From an archaeon (GTDB taxonomy: Archaea > Iainarchaeota > Iainarchaeia > Iainarchaeales > JAAZKV01), in contig JBAZYC010000001.1 in the NCBI GenBank assembly GCA_041659525.1, positions 525,731 to 589,730 on the forward strand: a stretch of DNA of 64,000 nt, in the 5' to 3' direction. Of the stretch, positions 25,717-35,615 are shown one piece after another. The position numbers were made by a program, and so were the translations under genes. The number at the start of each line of letters is the position of its first letter. Positions within the stretch are counted from its first letter, which is position 1. The notes below the pieces were generated by a model. The model was not told the origin of the DNA. It did no database searches and was given only the letters and a program-made list of their open reading frames with translations.

Positions 25717-27357
25717 TAAATTTGTTTGCTAGTAATGAAACTTCGCTTAAACTCCTAATGTTTTGATTAACTAATGAATCTAAGAATGTTTTTCTTGAAT
25801 TTAATTCTGCCTCTATGCGATCTTTTGGAGTTCCGGTGAAGTTTTGAAGGGTTTTTAGGTACTTACTATCAATAAGGGTCTTTTCTAGTTCGTCTCTTGC
25901 TGGATCTCTTTGGAAAACTGTTTGGGTTTTTGGATTACCTTCAAGTGCCCCGTAAACTTCAGCTATTTCACTTATTCTTCTTATAGTTCCTTTTTTTCTA
26001 TCATAATATCTGTGTTCTACAATTATGATATCAAGTCCTGACATCATAATACTTGGTACATTCATTGGGGGACTTGTTAATCTAATTATTGTTTCTTCCG
26101 GACTATTCGCGTGCACAGTTCCTAAACAACCATCGTGACCAGTATTCATTGCAGTGAATAAAGTAAATGCTTCTTCATGTCTAATTTCTCCTACAATTAT
26201 TCTGTCAGGTCTCATTCTTAAAGAATTTTTTGTTAATATATCCATTTTTAGTTCTCCTGCTCCTTCTAGTCCGGGCGGTCTTGATTCTAATCTTATACAA
26301 TGTTTTATTGGTAAATTTAATTCAGCCGTGTCTTCAATTGTTATTACTCTTTCTCTTTCATTTACAAATGAAGCAAGCACATTTAGTAGAGTGGTTTTTC
26401 CAGATCCTGTTCCTCCTGAAATTAATATGTTTGCAGGTTTTGTTCCAAGTCCATCAATAGCCATCCAAAGAAATGCGGCAGCTTCGCTAGTTACTGTTCC
26501 CATTCTAATTAAATCAATTATCGAATAAGGATCTGCTCTAAATTTTCTTATAGTTAATGTTCCTCCTGAGATTGATGCTGGCGGGATAGTTGCATTTACA
26601 CGTGAACCATCAGATAATCTTGCATCAAGTAATGGTGAGGACACGTCCACTCTTCTTCCAATTTCTCTTGCGATTTTATTTACGAGATCTTCTATTTCTT
26701 GTTCTGAAAAAATTCAATATTTGTTGTCATCATTTCGTATTTTCTGTGAAAAACATAAACAGGTTTTTTTGGGCCAACAATCATTATTTCTTCTAATTGA
26801 TCATCTTTAATTAAATCATCAATTAATCCATATCCAACCATCTCTCTAACCACTGCATCTGCATAGAAGGGTATTCTTTGTTCAGGTATTCGCATGTTGG
26901 GATTGCTTTTCATTATTTCAATTATTTTTTGTTTGTAAACAATTCTTCGTTCTTCAGGATTTCTAATTTTGTAGGGGGCAATTGAAATTAATCTTGTAGT
27001 TGCTTCTTTTAGAGTATTAATTATTTTTCTATCAGCTGAAGTTGGTCTTATTGTTGGAATAAAATAATATGCTAGCGGTTTTCCTGGTATTCTATATATT
27101 TTTACTTTTCCATAAGAATCAACTTCAATTTTTTTATTTTCTTCTAACTCTTTTTCTATTGCAGTTTTTTCTGCAGAAGTGGGTTCAATTGTTGCAGAAC
27201 TTTCTTTTTTGAATTCTTGCATATCTTTATGTTTCACTTCTTGAGCAATTTTTTCTTCTTTGTCCTCGGGTTTTGTTGGTTCTACTGGGGCTAATTCTTC
27301 TGCTTGAGTGGTGGCTTTTGCACTGCCAATAATGTCCTCAAGGTAATCTGTGCTCAT
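25679..27357 (-). pseudogene. FlaI/PilB-type pilus assembly ATPase interrupted by a 1-nt frameshift at a T6 run
   Basis: The N-terminal part (26692-27357) ends ..NIEFFQNKK*. The C-terminal part continues in the -1 frame as IFSEQEIEDLVNKIAREIGRRVDVSSPLLDARLSDGSRVNAT...GGTGSGKTTLLN. The frames overlap at 26692-26713, which contains A6 (plus strand) at 26707-26712. One extra T restores a 559-aa protein colinear with 8015-9544. Confidence 0.8.
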
Positions 27358-27463
27358 GCTAAAAGTAGGTTTTTTGTGTTATTTAAGGTTTGCTTATGCA
27401 GAGAAATTAGTTATAGTATTCGAAAAGTATTTTGCTTGAGAATTATTTTATTTATGATTTTTG

Positions 27464-29206
27464 TTATGCTTTTTCTTTGATTTCTTTTAATGCTTTTTCA
27501 ACAAAAATATCTAAGGGCATTACTTCTTGGTTTCCTACCCTTGGTCTTACAGCAACTGCTTTAGCTTCAGCTTCTTTTGCTCCGACTACAATAATGTATG
27601 GAACTTTTTCTTTTTGTGCTTCTCTAATTCTGTATCCTAGTGTTTCGTTTCTCTCATCTATTTTTGCTCTTATTTCATTATCAATTAATTTTTCGTGTAC
27701 TTCTTTAGCATAAGGCATGAACTTTTCTGATAGTGGAATTATTTTTACCTGTTCAGGAGATAACCAAAGAGGGAATGCTCCTCCGAAGTGTTCTATTACA
27801 ATTCCTGTGAATCTTTCAAACGAACCAAATGGCGCTCTATGTATCATTACTGGTTGGTGTTTTGCTCCGTCTGCTCCAACATATTCAAGGTTGAATCTTT
27901 GTGGTAAATTGTAATCTAATTGAATTGTTCCTGTTTGCCATTCTCTTCCTAGTGCATCTTTAACAACAATATCTGCTTTTGGTCCGTAGAATGCGGCGTC
28001 TCCTACATTTACTTCAAAGTTAATTCCTTTTTCTTTTAGTACTTCAATTATTTCTTGAGTAGCTTTTTCCCATATTTCTGGTGCTCCAATGTATTTTGTT
28101 CCTGCAGGGTCTCTTGATCCTACTCTTACTCTAAAGTTTGTAAGTTTTAATACACCCATTATTTTTAGTACTAAATCAAATACTCCGTTGAATTCTGATT
28201 TTACCTGTTCTTCTGTACAGAAGATGTGTGCATCATCTTGAGTGAATCCTCTTACTCTTAAAAGTCCACTTAGTTCCCCACTCTTTTCGTATCTATACAC
28301 GGTTCCCATTTCGCTTAGTCTCATTGGTAAGTCTCTGTAACTGTGTTGTCCTTTCATATAATATTGAATGTGAAATGGACAGTTCATTGGTTTTAGTAAG
28401 TATTCTTCTTCGTCAATTTTTATTGGGGTGTACATCATTTCTCTGTAATTGTCATAGTGTCCACTTGTTTTGAATAAATCTAGTCTTCCAATGTGTGGAG
28501 TAATAACAAATGAGTATCCTCTTTTGATTTGTTCTTTAACTAGTAACTCTTGTAGTTGCATTCTTAGCATTGTTCCATTTGGACACCAAATTGGGAGTCC
28601 TCTTCCAACCGCATCACTTATCATATAAAGATCAAGTTCTTTTCCTAGTTTTATATTAGAATTTTCTTCAGCTTTTTTTCTTAGTTCAATCCAATCATCT
28701 AATTCTTTTTGTGTTTTAAAAGAAATTCCGTACACTCTTTGTAATTGCTTGTTTTTTTCGTTTCCTTTCCAGTAAGCTGCAGAGATTTTTAGTAATTTTA
28801 CTGCGCCTATTTCTTCTGTTGAATCTAAGTGTGGGCCTTTGCACATGTCAGTGAAGTTTCCATTTGAATAAGTAGAGATTTTGCTTTCTCCTTCTTTTGC
28901 TAAATCGTTAATCATTTCTACTTTGTAAGAATTGTTTTTGAATAATTCAAGTGCTTCACTAATCGGAAGTTCTTTTCTTATCATTTTGTCTTTTCTTTTC
29001 AAAATTTCTTTCATTTTTTCTTCAATTTTCTCAAGGTCTTTTGCATCAATGTTGTTTTCAAGTTCAAAGTCATAGTGGAACCCTGATTCTATTGCAGGTC
29101 CTATAGCTATTTTTGCTTTTGGAAATACTTCTACTAAAGCAGAGGCAAATACGTGTGCTGTTGTGTGCCAGAATTTGTTATAATAGTCTTTTTCAGTGTT
29201 ATCCAT
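27464..29206 (-). CDS. thrS: Threonyl-tRNA synthetase lacking the N-terminal TGS domain
   Basis: The editing-domain motifs HTTAHVFASAL and DMCKGPHL are present, along with the class II core and anticodon-binding domain. The 580-aa protein starts directly at the editing (SAD) region. Confidence 0.85.
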   Translation of the reverse strand: MDNTEKDYYNKFWHTTAHVFASALVEVFPKAKIAIGPAIESGFHYDFELENNIDAKDLEKIEEKMKEILKRKDKMIRKELPISEALELFKNNSYKVEMINDLAKEGESKISTYSNGNFTDMCKGPHLDSTEEIGAVKLLKISAAYWKGNEKNKQLQRVYGISFKTQKELDDWIELRKKAEENSNIKLGKELDLYMISDAVGRGLPIWCPNGTMLRMQLQELLVKEQIKRGYSFVITPHIGRLDLFKTSGHYDNYREMMYTPIKIDEEEYLLKPMNCPFHIQYYMKGQHSYRDLPMRLSEMGTVYRYEKSGELSGLLRVRGFTQDDAHIFCTEEQVKSEFNGVFDLVLKIMGVLKLTNFRVRVGSRDPAGTKYIGAPEIWEKATQEIIEVLKEKGINFEVNVGDAAFYGPKADIVVKDALGREWQTGTIQLDYNLPQRFNLEYVGADGAKHQPVMIHRAPFGSFERFTGIVIEHFGGAFPLWLSPEQVKIIPLSEKFMPYAKEVHEKLIDNEIRAKIDERNETLGYRIREAQKEKVPYIIVVGAKEAEAKAVAVRPRVGNQEVMPLDIFVEKALKEIKEKA

Positions 29207-29456
29207 TTTTACAGCCCCCTTTAATGAAAGTTTTCCTCACTAAGCTTTTTAAAATGCTTTTTGGGGTTGAATTCTAGGATTTTTAGTTGGTTATTTAAAA
29301 TTAGGTTTGAAAAAGAGTTAACTAGATAGGGATTAAATTTGCTGACTAGTGACAAATGATTTCATACAATTATAGCTGGCTTTATAGTATTTAAATAATT
29401 TTTAGAAGTAGATGTAATTTTTTGTATAGTGTTTACAAATCTAAAAAGAAGTGTAA

Positions 29457-29933
29457 TTAGTAGTTTGGTCTTGCGCATTTGTCTTTTGCACAAAATCCAA
29501 GGTATTCTTTGCAAAATGCTCTTTCCCCTTGGGCTTTGTAGTGTTTGCATCTTGCCCATCTTGGACCGCTTATTACTGTATTAGCATCAGATTGTGGTTC
29601 TCTTCTTGGTTGTTCAACTATTGCGTCGTCCCCAATTATTTTTGCAGGAGCGGGTCTTTCTTGTGCTTGTATTTCTTCTACAATTTGTTGAGTAACTTTT
29701 TGTTGCTGTGTTTGAACTGGTTGTGGTTCTGGTTCGAAAGTTCTTGCTTTAAAATTTTTAGGATAAAGCATTTTTTCTACGTCGCTTCCGCTTGGAGTGT
29801 ACATTGCTTGTTTTTGAGCCATTTGTGTACCAACTTTTGGTCTGGGCATTTTTTGAATATCTACACTTTGTCCCATCGCAATCATTTTTGCGTTCATTCT
29901 TCTTGAGTCTTCTACGATTGATTGGAAAGCCAT
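29457..29933 (-). CDS. Hypothetical protein with a conserved N-terminal peptide, Q/P-rich linker and C-terminal 4-Cys module
   Basis: It reads MAFQSIVEDSRRMN....RWARCKHYKAQGERAFCKEYLGFCAKDKCARPNY. It is a paralogue of 30040-30420. Confidence 0.5.
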   Translation of the reverse strand: MAFQSIVEDSRRMNAKMIAMGQSVDIQKMPRPKVGTQMAQKQAMYTPSGSDVEKMLYPKNFKARTFEPEPQPVQTQQQKVTQQIVEEIQAQERPAPAKIIGDDAIVEQPRREPQSDANTVISGPRWARCKHYKAQGERAFCKEYLGFCAKDKCARPNY

Positions 29934-30039
29934 TTTTGTTTCACCGTTATTTTATTTTACAAATTTAATTTTAATAATTTTTATTGGCAAACTTAATTAT
30001 TTTCAACGAATTTTATTTGTTTTTTTTTAAATTTTAATT

Positions 30040-30420
30040 TTATTGAACCGCTTTTCTGCATCTTTCTTTAGCACATAGTGAATGGTATTCTGCACAAAAG
30101 TCTCTTCCGCTGTTTGTCTTTCTGTGTTTGCAGTTTTCCCAAGTAGCGTTTCCGCCTCTTTGTGAGCTCATGCTTGAAGCATTAGCAATTCCTCTAACAA
30201 TGCTTCCGTGTCTTGAGTCCATGCTTTGTCTAGCGCCAACACTTCTTTGTTGTGGAACAAATCCAGAAATTTCTGAGTCTTTGTAAGAAATATCTTGCTT
30301 TTTTATTGCTGGCTTAGGATCTTCCATTATAGCGTCAGCCATATCGTTCGATTCAACCTTCGGAACATTTGGTTTTGGAGTATTTTTTCGTGCATCTCTT
30401 GCAAAGTCGCTAAATCCCAT
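30040..30420 (-). CDS. Hypothetical protein, paralogue of 29457-29933 (C-terminal 4-Cys module)
   Basis: It reads MGFSDFARDARKN....TWENCKHRKTNSGRDFCAEYHSLCAKERCRKAVQ. The start is taken at ATG 30420. Confidence 0.5.
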   Translation of the reverse strand: MGFSDFARDARKNTPKPNVPKVESNDMADAIMEDPKPAIKKQDISYKDSEISGFVPQQRSVGARQSMDSRHGSIVRGIANASSMSSQRGGNATWENCKHRKTNSGRDFCAEYHSLCAKERCRKAVQ

Positions 30421-30625
30421 TTGTACTACCTGCAACTATTGAATAGCGCACTGAAATATAAAGCTTTTGATAGCGAAAAAAAACTTGAAAAATTAACCTC
30501 TTTAATGAAAGAGTATAGCACTTTGTCTAATTAAATCAATTTGTAGTTTAAAACACAATTTTATTAATTTGGGGTGTGTTAGTATTTTGAATTAGAAATA
30601 GATTTTGTTGTATAGTGGTGTGTTT

Positions 30626-31858
30626 ATGATTTCGCCAGAACTTTGTATTCGTTGTAAAGGAAAATTGCTTTGTGGTCTTTCAAGGTGTCCAATTCTTGAG
30701 AAACAATCTAATCAAACAAAAATTGTTTCTTCAATGGTTGGGACAAATTTTATTGGTTCTTCTCCTCCTGGTTTTTTTGTTTCTTGGCAGAATTATCCCA
30801 AAGTTGCAGTAGCTCCTCTCTCTGCTCTTCCTAGCGAAGTAAATGAAATGAGTGATTCTCCGGAGAAATGGTATGGGTTGAGTCAGGAAAAAATAATTTC
30901 TTTTAGAGAATCACTTTTACGTTCTTACAAAACAATGCCTGTTTCACTAGCAGCTGACCCGAGTTACGATTTGCTTGAGTTCCAAGAAATTGCAATGGCT
31001 TCTGATTTATTTGAACTTGAAGTAAAGTTATCTGAAAAACCAAGGAGTGAAACTAGTTTTGATTCATTTAATGCTCCATTAGGCCCTTCTGCTAAACTTG
31101 ATAAAATTTCAATTATAGAGAATCCAAAAATTCCTAAAGAACTTGATTATTATGTTTCTGATACTGCAGTAAAATCTAATACTGCTTTGATTGATTTGTT
31201 TGAAAAAGGTTTTCCTGTTTCTACTCTTGCAAAAGTTCTTTCAAGCGGAGCGCTTGGGGTAAAGAAGAATAGAAAAATTGTTCCAACAAGATGGAGTATT
31301 ACTGCAGTTGATTCTAATTTATCAAAATATTTTATAGAAGAAAAACTTCCTCAAAATAAAATAATTGATTCTTTCAAATTGTTTCACTCAAAATATTTAG
31401 ATAATGATTTTTGGGTAATGTTGCTTCCTTATCCTTGGAGCTTTGAACAAATCGAGTGCTGGCTTCCGGGAGGAATTTGGACTCAAGGAGCAACGCAGTA
31501 TAATATTCTTTCAGATCACGAACTAAATAATGGGTTTAAGGGGTATCCTGAGGAAACTGAAGGGGCGTACTTTGCTGCGCGTTTAGCTGTGACAGAGTAT
31601 TTAGTTGAAAACAAAATTAATTCAGCCGCAATTGTTTTTAGAGAGGTTGGAAAAGATTATGCAGTTCCATTGGGGGTTTGGCAGATTCGTGAAAATGTAA
31701 GAGCCGCTCTTAAAGAAGTTCCACTTGATTTTTCTAATATGGATTTGGCTCTTGATTTTTTATCAAAAAAACTTTCAGTTCCAATTGATCAATACAAAAA
31801 GAAATCTTTTTTGATAACTCATTTTAAATCTCAATCAAGGTTGAGTCAGTGGTTTTGA
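30626..31858 (+). CDS. nreA: NreA-like DNA repair protein (DUF650/DUF651 family)
   Basis: The N-terminus MISPELCIRCKGKLLCGLSRCPIL matches the C..CKG...CG...CP opening of archaeal Nre proteins as I recall. Length is about 410 aa. Confidence 0.55.
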   Translation: MISPELCIRCKGKLLCGLSRCPILEKQSNQTKIVSSMVGTNFIGSSPPGFFVSWQNYPKVAVAPLSALPSEVNEMSDSPEKWYGLSQEKIISFRESLLRSYKTMPVSLAADPSYDLLEFQEIAMASDLFELEVKLSEKPRSETSFDSFNAPLGPSAKLDKISIIENPKIPKELDYYVSDTAVKSNTALIDLFEKGFPVSTLAKVLSSGALGVKKNRKIVPTRWSITAVDSNLSKYFIEEKLPQNKIIDSFKLFHSKYLDNDFWVMLLPYPWSFEQIECWLPGGIWTQGATQYNILSDHELNNGFKGYPEETEGAYFAARLAVTEYLVENKINSAAIVFREVGKDYAVPLGVWQIRENVRAALKEVPLDFSNMDLALDFLSKKLSVPIDQYKKKSFLITHFKSQSRLSQWF

Positions 31859-31925
31859 GATAATTAATTAATTGAAAAAGCGTTAATTAAAAATAGAGTT
31901 ATTTTTTGCAATAAGATTATTTTTT

Positions 31926-32525
31926 TTACAATATCTTTTCAAGTATTTTTTTTAATTCATTATAATTTTCTGCCTGCAGTAATTTTGTTTCTTGTTTTTT
32001 TAATGCATCGCATGCTTTAAACAAAATTCCTATATTTGCTTCTTTTAGCATTTTTACATCATTAAAAGAATCTCCTACTGCAAGTACTTCATACCCTGCG
32101 TTTTGAAATCTTTTTATTTGTTCTACTTTTCCATCTTTTTCGCGGAGCTTGTAATCAGTAATGTTTCCATTAGCATCTATTACAAGTGAATTAGCAAACA
32201 TAAATGGGTAACCGAGTTGTGCAACTAGTGGAGTAATGTATTCATAGTAGCTTCCTGTTAGAATGCATGGTTGTGCTCTTGTTTTTACCCAATCCATAAA
32301 TTCGCGCGCACCATTTAAGGGTTTCATTTTTGAAACAATTTGGTGTACTTCTTTCATTGTGAACTTGTGTTCTTTTAGTACTCTTATTCTCATTTTCATT
32401 AATTTATCATAATCTGGTTCATCCCGAGTGGTTAGCATTAATTCGGGGATTTTTGTTTCTTTTGAAAATTCTTCCCAAAACTCAGGAACAAGTACTCCTT
32501 CAAGATCAAAGCAAATTATTTTCAT
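31926..32525 (-). CDS. HAD phosphatase, ThrH-like (phosphoserine phosphatase/homoserine phosphotransferase family)
   Basis: MKIICFDLEGVLVPEFWEEFSKETKIPELMLTTRDEPDYDKLMKMRIRVL...VGDSFNDVKML is colinear with Pseudomonas ThrH as I remember it (MEIACLDLEGVLVPEIWI...TTRDIPDYDVLMKQRLRIL...GDSYNDTTML). Confidence 0.65.
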   Translation of the reverse strand: MKIICFDLEGVLVPEFWEEFSKETKIPELMLTTRDEPDYDKLMKMRIRVLKEHKFTMKEVHQIVSKMKPLNGAREFMDWVKTRAQPCILTGSYYEYITPLVAQLGYPFMFANSLVIDANGNITDYKLREKDGKVEQIKRFQNAGYEVLAVGDSFNDVKMLKEANIGILFKACDALKKQETKLLQAENYNELKKILEKIL

Positions 32526-32963
32526 TTATAATCTCCTCGCTTTTTGTATGTTATTCATTTCAATAGTAATTACTAATCCCATTAATCCTGCAAAGTCTTT
32601 TTGAGTTATTAGTTTTTCTCCAACTAATTCTTTTTGCATTTTTGCAAGCGCCATCATTTTTTCCTGTGGATTAATTGCGTTAGAAACTTCTTGAAATCCT
32701 TTTTGTGCTATTGCTCTTGTTTTTTTGTCATAAATTTTTTGTATATCTAGTGCTCTTACTGTGCTTAAGCGAGTGATTCTTCTTGAAACTTTTGCGTGTT
32801 CAAAAACTTTTTGTGCAAGTAAGCTTGAGGCAGGGACTATTTTTAGTGATTTATTTCCTGTTTGTTTTTTTGATTCCCAAAGAGCTTTTCTTAAATTAGA
32901 ATTTTTTGAATGTAAAGCTGTTGTTTTTCTTGTTCTCATTCTTGCTGTGAGTTGGGTTGGCAT
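32526..32963 (-). CDS. Hypothetical basic protein
   Basis: The ORF is co-directional with its neighbours and tightly abuts them. I recognise no motif. Confidence 0.35.
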   Translation of the reverse strand: MPTQLTARMRTRKTTALHSKNSNLRKALWESKKQTGNKSLKIVPASSLLAQKVFEHAKVSRRITRLSTVRALDIQKIYDKKTRAIAQKGFQEVSNAINPQEKMMALAKMQKELVGEKLITQKDFAGLMGLVITIEMNNIQKARRL

Positions 32964-32970
32964 CTTTAAT

Positions 32971-33936
32971 TCACTTTTTGTATTTCATGAATTGTGCTAG
33001 TAGTGCTTCTAGTTGGATTCTTTCGTTTGCTCCTTCTACTATTCTAAAATCGTATTCTCCTATAGTGTCAACGAGTGCAATTTTGTCTTTCTCAGCGAGT
33101 TCTTTCTCATCAAGGTTCATTGTTTCTCTATAAACTTGGATTAGTACATCTTCTCCGCTCATTCCTTGTTCGTACATTAGTTCTTCAAGCTTTTTTCTAG
33201 CATCAACAAATTTTCCTTTTAGTGCAAGTATAATCATTTCTTGTACTTGTTCAGGTCTAGCTCGACTTGAAACATTATACACTACTTCTTCAGTAATTTT
33301 TTTATCGAGTGAAGCAGCAGCTTGTAAAATATTTGTTGCTTTTCTTAAGTCTCCTTGCGAAACATAATTTATTGCAACTTTTGCTTTTTCATCAACGTGT
33401 AGTTTTTCTTTTTGTGCAATGTGATCAATTTGTTTTTCAATATCTTTTGCATTTAGTGGTTTGAATCTGTAAATTACGCATCTTGATTGAATTGGTTCAA
33501 GTATTTTTGAAGAATAGTTACAAGAAAGAATAAATCTACATGTTTTTGTATATTTTTCCATTGTTCTTCTTAGTGCTTGTTGAGCATCTTGAGTTAGTGC
33601 ATCACATTCATCTAAAAAAATTATTTTAAATCCAGAATCAAATGCTAAAGTTCGGGCAAAATCCTTAATTGTATTTCTAACTACATCAATTCCTCTATCA
33701 TCACTTGCGTTTAATTCTAAAAAATTTTGTTCAAAATTTGCCCCGAATAGTTCTCTTGCAAGTGCAATACTTGAAGAAGTTTTTCCTACTCCTGCAGGTC
33801 CAGAAAATAACATATTAGGTAAATTTCTTTTCTCAACGTAACTCTTTAATCGGTGAGTAATTTCATCGTGCCCAACAACGTCACTTAATCCGTGTGGTCT
33901 GTATTTTTCTACCCATGGGAGTTCCATTTCGCTCAT
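32971..33936 (-). CDS. rfcS: Replication factor C small subunit
   Basis: It has [10 protein letters not shown], Walker [14 protein letters not shown]-like LDECD, and the SRC motif (SRCVIYRF). ATG 33936 is preferred over the in-frame TTG at 33975. Confidence 0.9.
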   Translation of the reverse strand: MSEMELPWVEKYRPHGLSDVVGHDEITHRLKSYVEKRNLPNMLFSGPAGVGKTSSSIALARELFGANFEQNFLELNASDDRGIDVVRNTIKDFARTLAFDSGFKIIFLDECDALTQDAQQALRRTMEKYTKTCRFILSCNYSSKILEPIQSRCVIYRFKPLNAKDIEKQIDHIAQKEKLHVDEKAKVAINYVSQGDLRKATNILQAAASLDKKITEEVVYNVSSRARPEQVQEMIILALKGKFVDARKKLEELMYEQGMSGEDVLIQVYRETMNLDEKELAEKDKIALVDTIGEYDFRIVEGANERIQLEALLAQFMKYKK

Positions 33937-34003
33937 AAAATCAACTACTCTTCTTCTAAAAAGATAAGGGCTCAATAAAGGTTAAAAACTCATCACTGGC
34001 TAT

Positions 34004-34687
34004 TTGATTGTAGAAGAGAAAGGTGTTATTTTGACTCACAATAATTCTAATCAAAATCAGTTCTTACTTATTGTACTTGGTTGGTTTGTTTTTTCATTTT
34101 TAGTAATGTGGTTTATGGGTGGAGCTTGCATTGGTATAATGGATGGCTCAAGTTGTCTAGCCCCCAATACTTTAAAATCCCTAAGTGGAGTTCCTTTAAT
34201 TGGTTTATTACTTCCTTTTAATATGTGGAGTTCTCTAATGTACTTCTTTGCTCCTATTTGCGGATTTATTTTAGCTTTCCTTGTAATTAATTGGTGGAAT
34301 TCTTATTTTGAAACAAAAGAAGCTAGTGGATTACTTTTCTTAGTGCTTATTTTGTTCGCTCTATTTGTTGGTTATTATATTAATTTGTCTTTCTATATGG
34401 GTGAAGCAGCTACTCTTAATTCAAGAGGACAGGCAAAGTATTCTCTTTATTTTTGCATAACTGAAACTGATTCCACTACTTGTAATACTACAGTTTCAAG
34501 ATTGAATCAAGAATATATTTCACAAGCTCAAGCAAATAATGCTCAAACTGTGAATCAACTTATTCCGATTAATTATTGGGCTGAGTTAAGAAAAAGTATG
34601 TATTTGTTATTTATCCTTGGGGCAATAGCTGCTTGGATTCCTTTATTTGGAAGAGAAGTTTATATGAAGTATAAAGAAAGCAACTAA
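34004..34687 (+). CDS. Integral membrane protein, unknown function
   Basis: It has several TM segments. The start is uncertain because 34004 is TTG. Confidence 0.35.
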   Translation: MIVEEKGVILTHNNSNQNQFLLIVLGWFVFSFLVMWFMGGACIGIMDGSSCLAPNTLKSLSGVPLIGLLLPFNMWSSLMYFFAPICGFILAFLVINWWNSYFETKEASGLLFLVLILFALFVGYYINLSFYMGEAATLNSRGQAKYSLYFCITETDSTTCNTTVSRLNQEYISQAQANNAQTVNQLIPINYWAELRKSMYLLFILGAIAAWIPLFGREVYMKYKESN

Positions 34688-34762
34688 ATTAGGTTTTTTG
34701 GTCTTTTAGGTGTTTTTTTAAACTTTTTTAATCAGCATAGAGTACTAACTTTGAGTGATTTG

Positions 34763-35572
34763 ATGATTGATGTTGTTTTGAAGAGAGCTATTGAAGAATA
34801 CATTTCTAATTTCAAAGTAATGCTTAGCTTTGGAGCATTGTTCCTCTTTTTGCCTTTATTTTTAATGTTCTCTCAATTCTTTTTGAATTCAGGAACAGTT
34901 TACCTATCACTAAACGCAGATCTTGTTTTAGGAGCAATAGGATTAGTATTAGCCCTAATTTTCCTTTACATTTTTTCTTTCTTTGTTTCTCTTACTGTTT
35001 ATGCAGTTCATAGAGATGTACAAACATTGAATTTAGATACTTACTGGAATACTTTGTTTAAGGACGCTGCGTTAAAAGTATTTTTCTTATACTTAGTTTG
35101 CGCAATTGTATTTTATTTAGTAAGCGCACTTGGTTTCATGACTGGGTTAGTTTACTTAGCTTTAATTTTGAATTTAATTATTGCTCTTGTTGTAATGTAT
35201 GCTCCTCAGAGTATTGTTCTTGATGAATCTACTATTGGAGAAGCAATTGGTAAGAGTGTTGAGTTTTGGTTTGAAAGTCCATTAATCAGTATTGCTATTT
35301 TTATGATAGCTTCAGTTCTTTTATTTGTAATTCTTTTTATTGAATTATTACTTGATTTAGTAGGACTTCCCGGAGTAATAGTTTCTTTCTTTTTGGTACT
35401 CGTATTTTTAGTTCCTTTTATTGAACAAACAAAATCCTATGCTTATTTACTAAAAGTAGCTTTGCTTAAGAGTAATGAAGTTACTCACGCTAGAGCTCCA
35501 CACATAGAAAAACCAAAACCACTTTTAGGTACAAGGCTAAGAGAAAGACCAAAACACGGTTCAAAACTTTAA
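34763..35572 (+). CDS. Integral membrane protein, unknown function
   Basis: It has about 6 TM segments and a basic C-terminal tail. ATG 34763 follows an in-frame TTG at 34751. Confidence 0.4.
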   Translation: MIDVVLKRAIEEYISNFKVMLSFGALFLFLPLFLMFSQFFLNSGTVYLSLNADLVLGAIGLVLALIFLYIFSFFVSLTVYAVHRDVQTLNLDTYWNTLFKDAALKVFFLYLVCAIVFYLVSALGFMTGLVYLALILNLIIALVVMYAPQSIVLDESTIGEAIGKSVEFWFESPLISIAIFMIASVLLFVILFIELLLDLVGLPGVIVSFFLVLVFLVPFIEQTKSYAYLLKVALLKSNEVTHARAPHIEKPKPLLGTRLRERPKHGSKL

Positions 35573-35615
35573 ATTATTTTAGAGTTTTTTCTAATTTAAT
35601 TTTAGTTCTATTTTT

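Noticed and set aside
29362-29906. ORFs 29362-29559 (minus) and 29529-29906 (plus)
   Set aside because: They overlap the 4-Cys protein gene, whose termini are conserved in a paralogue. These frames have no such support.
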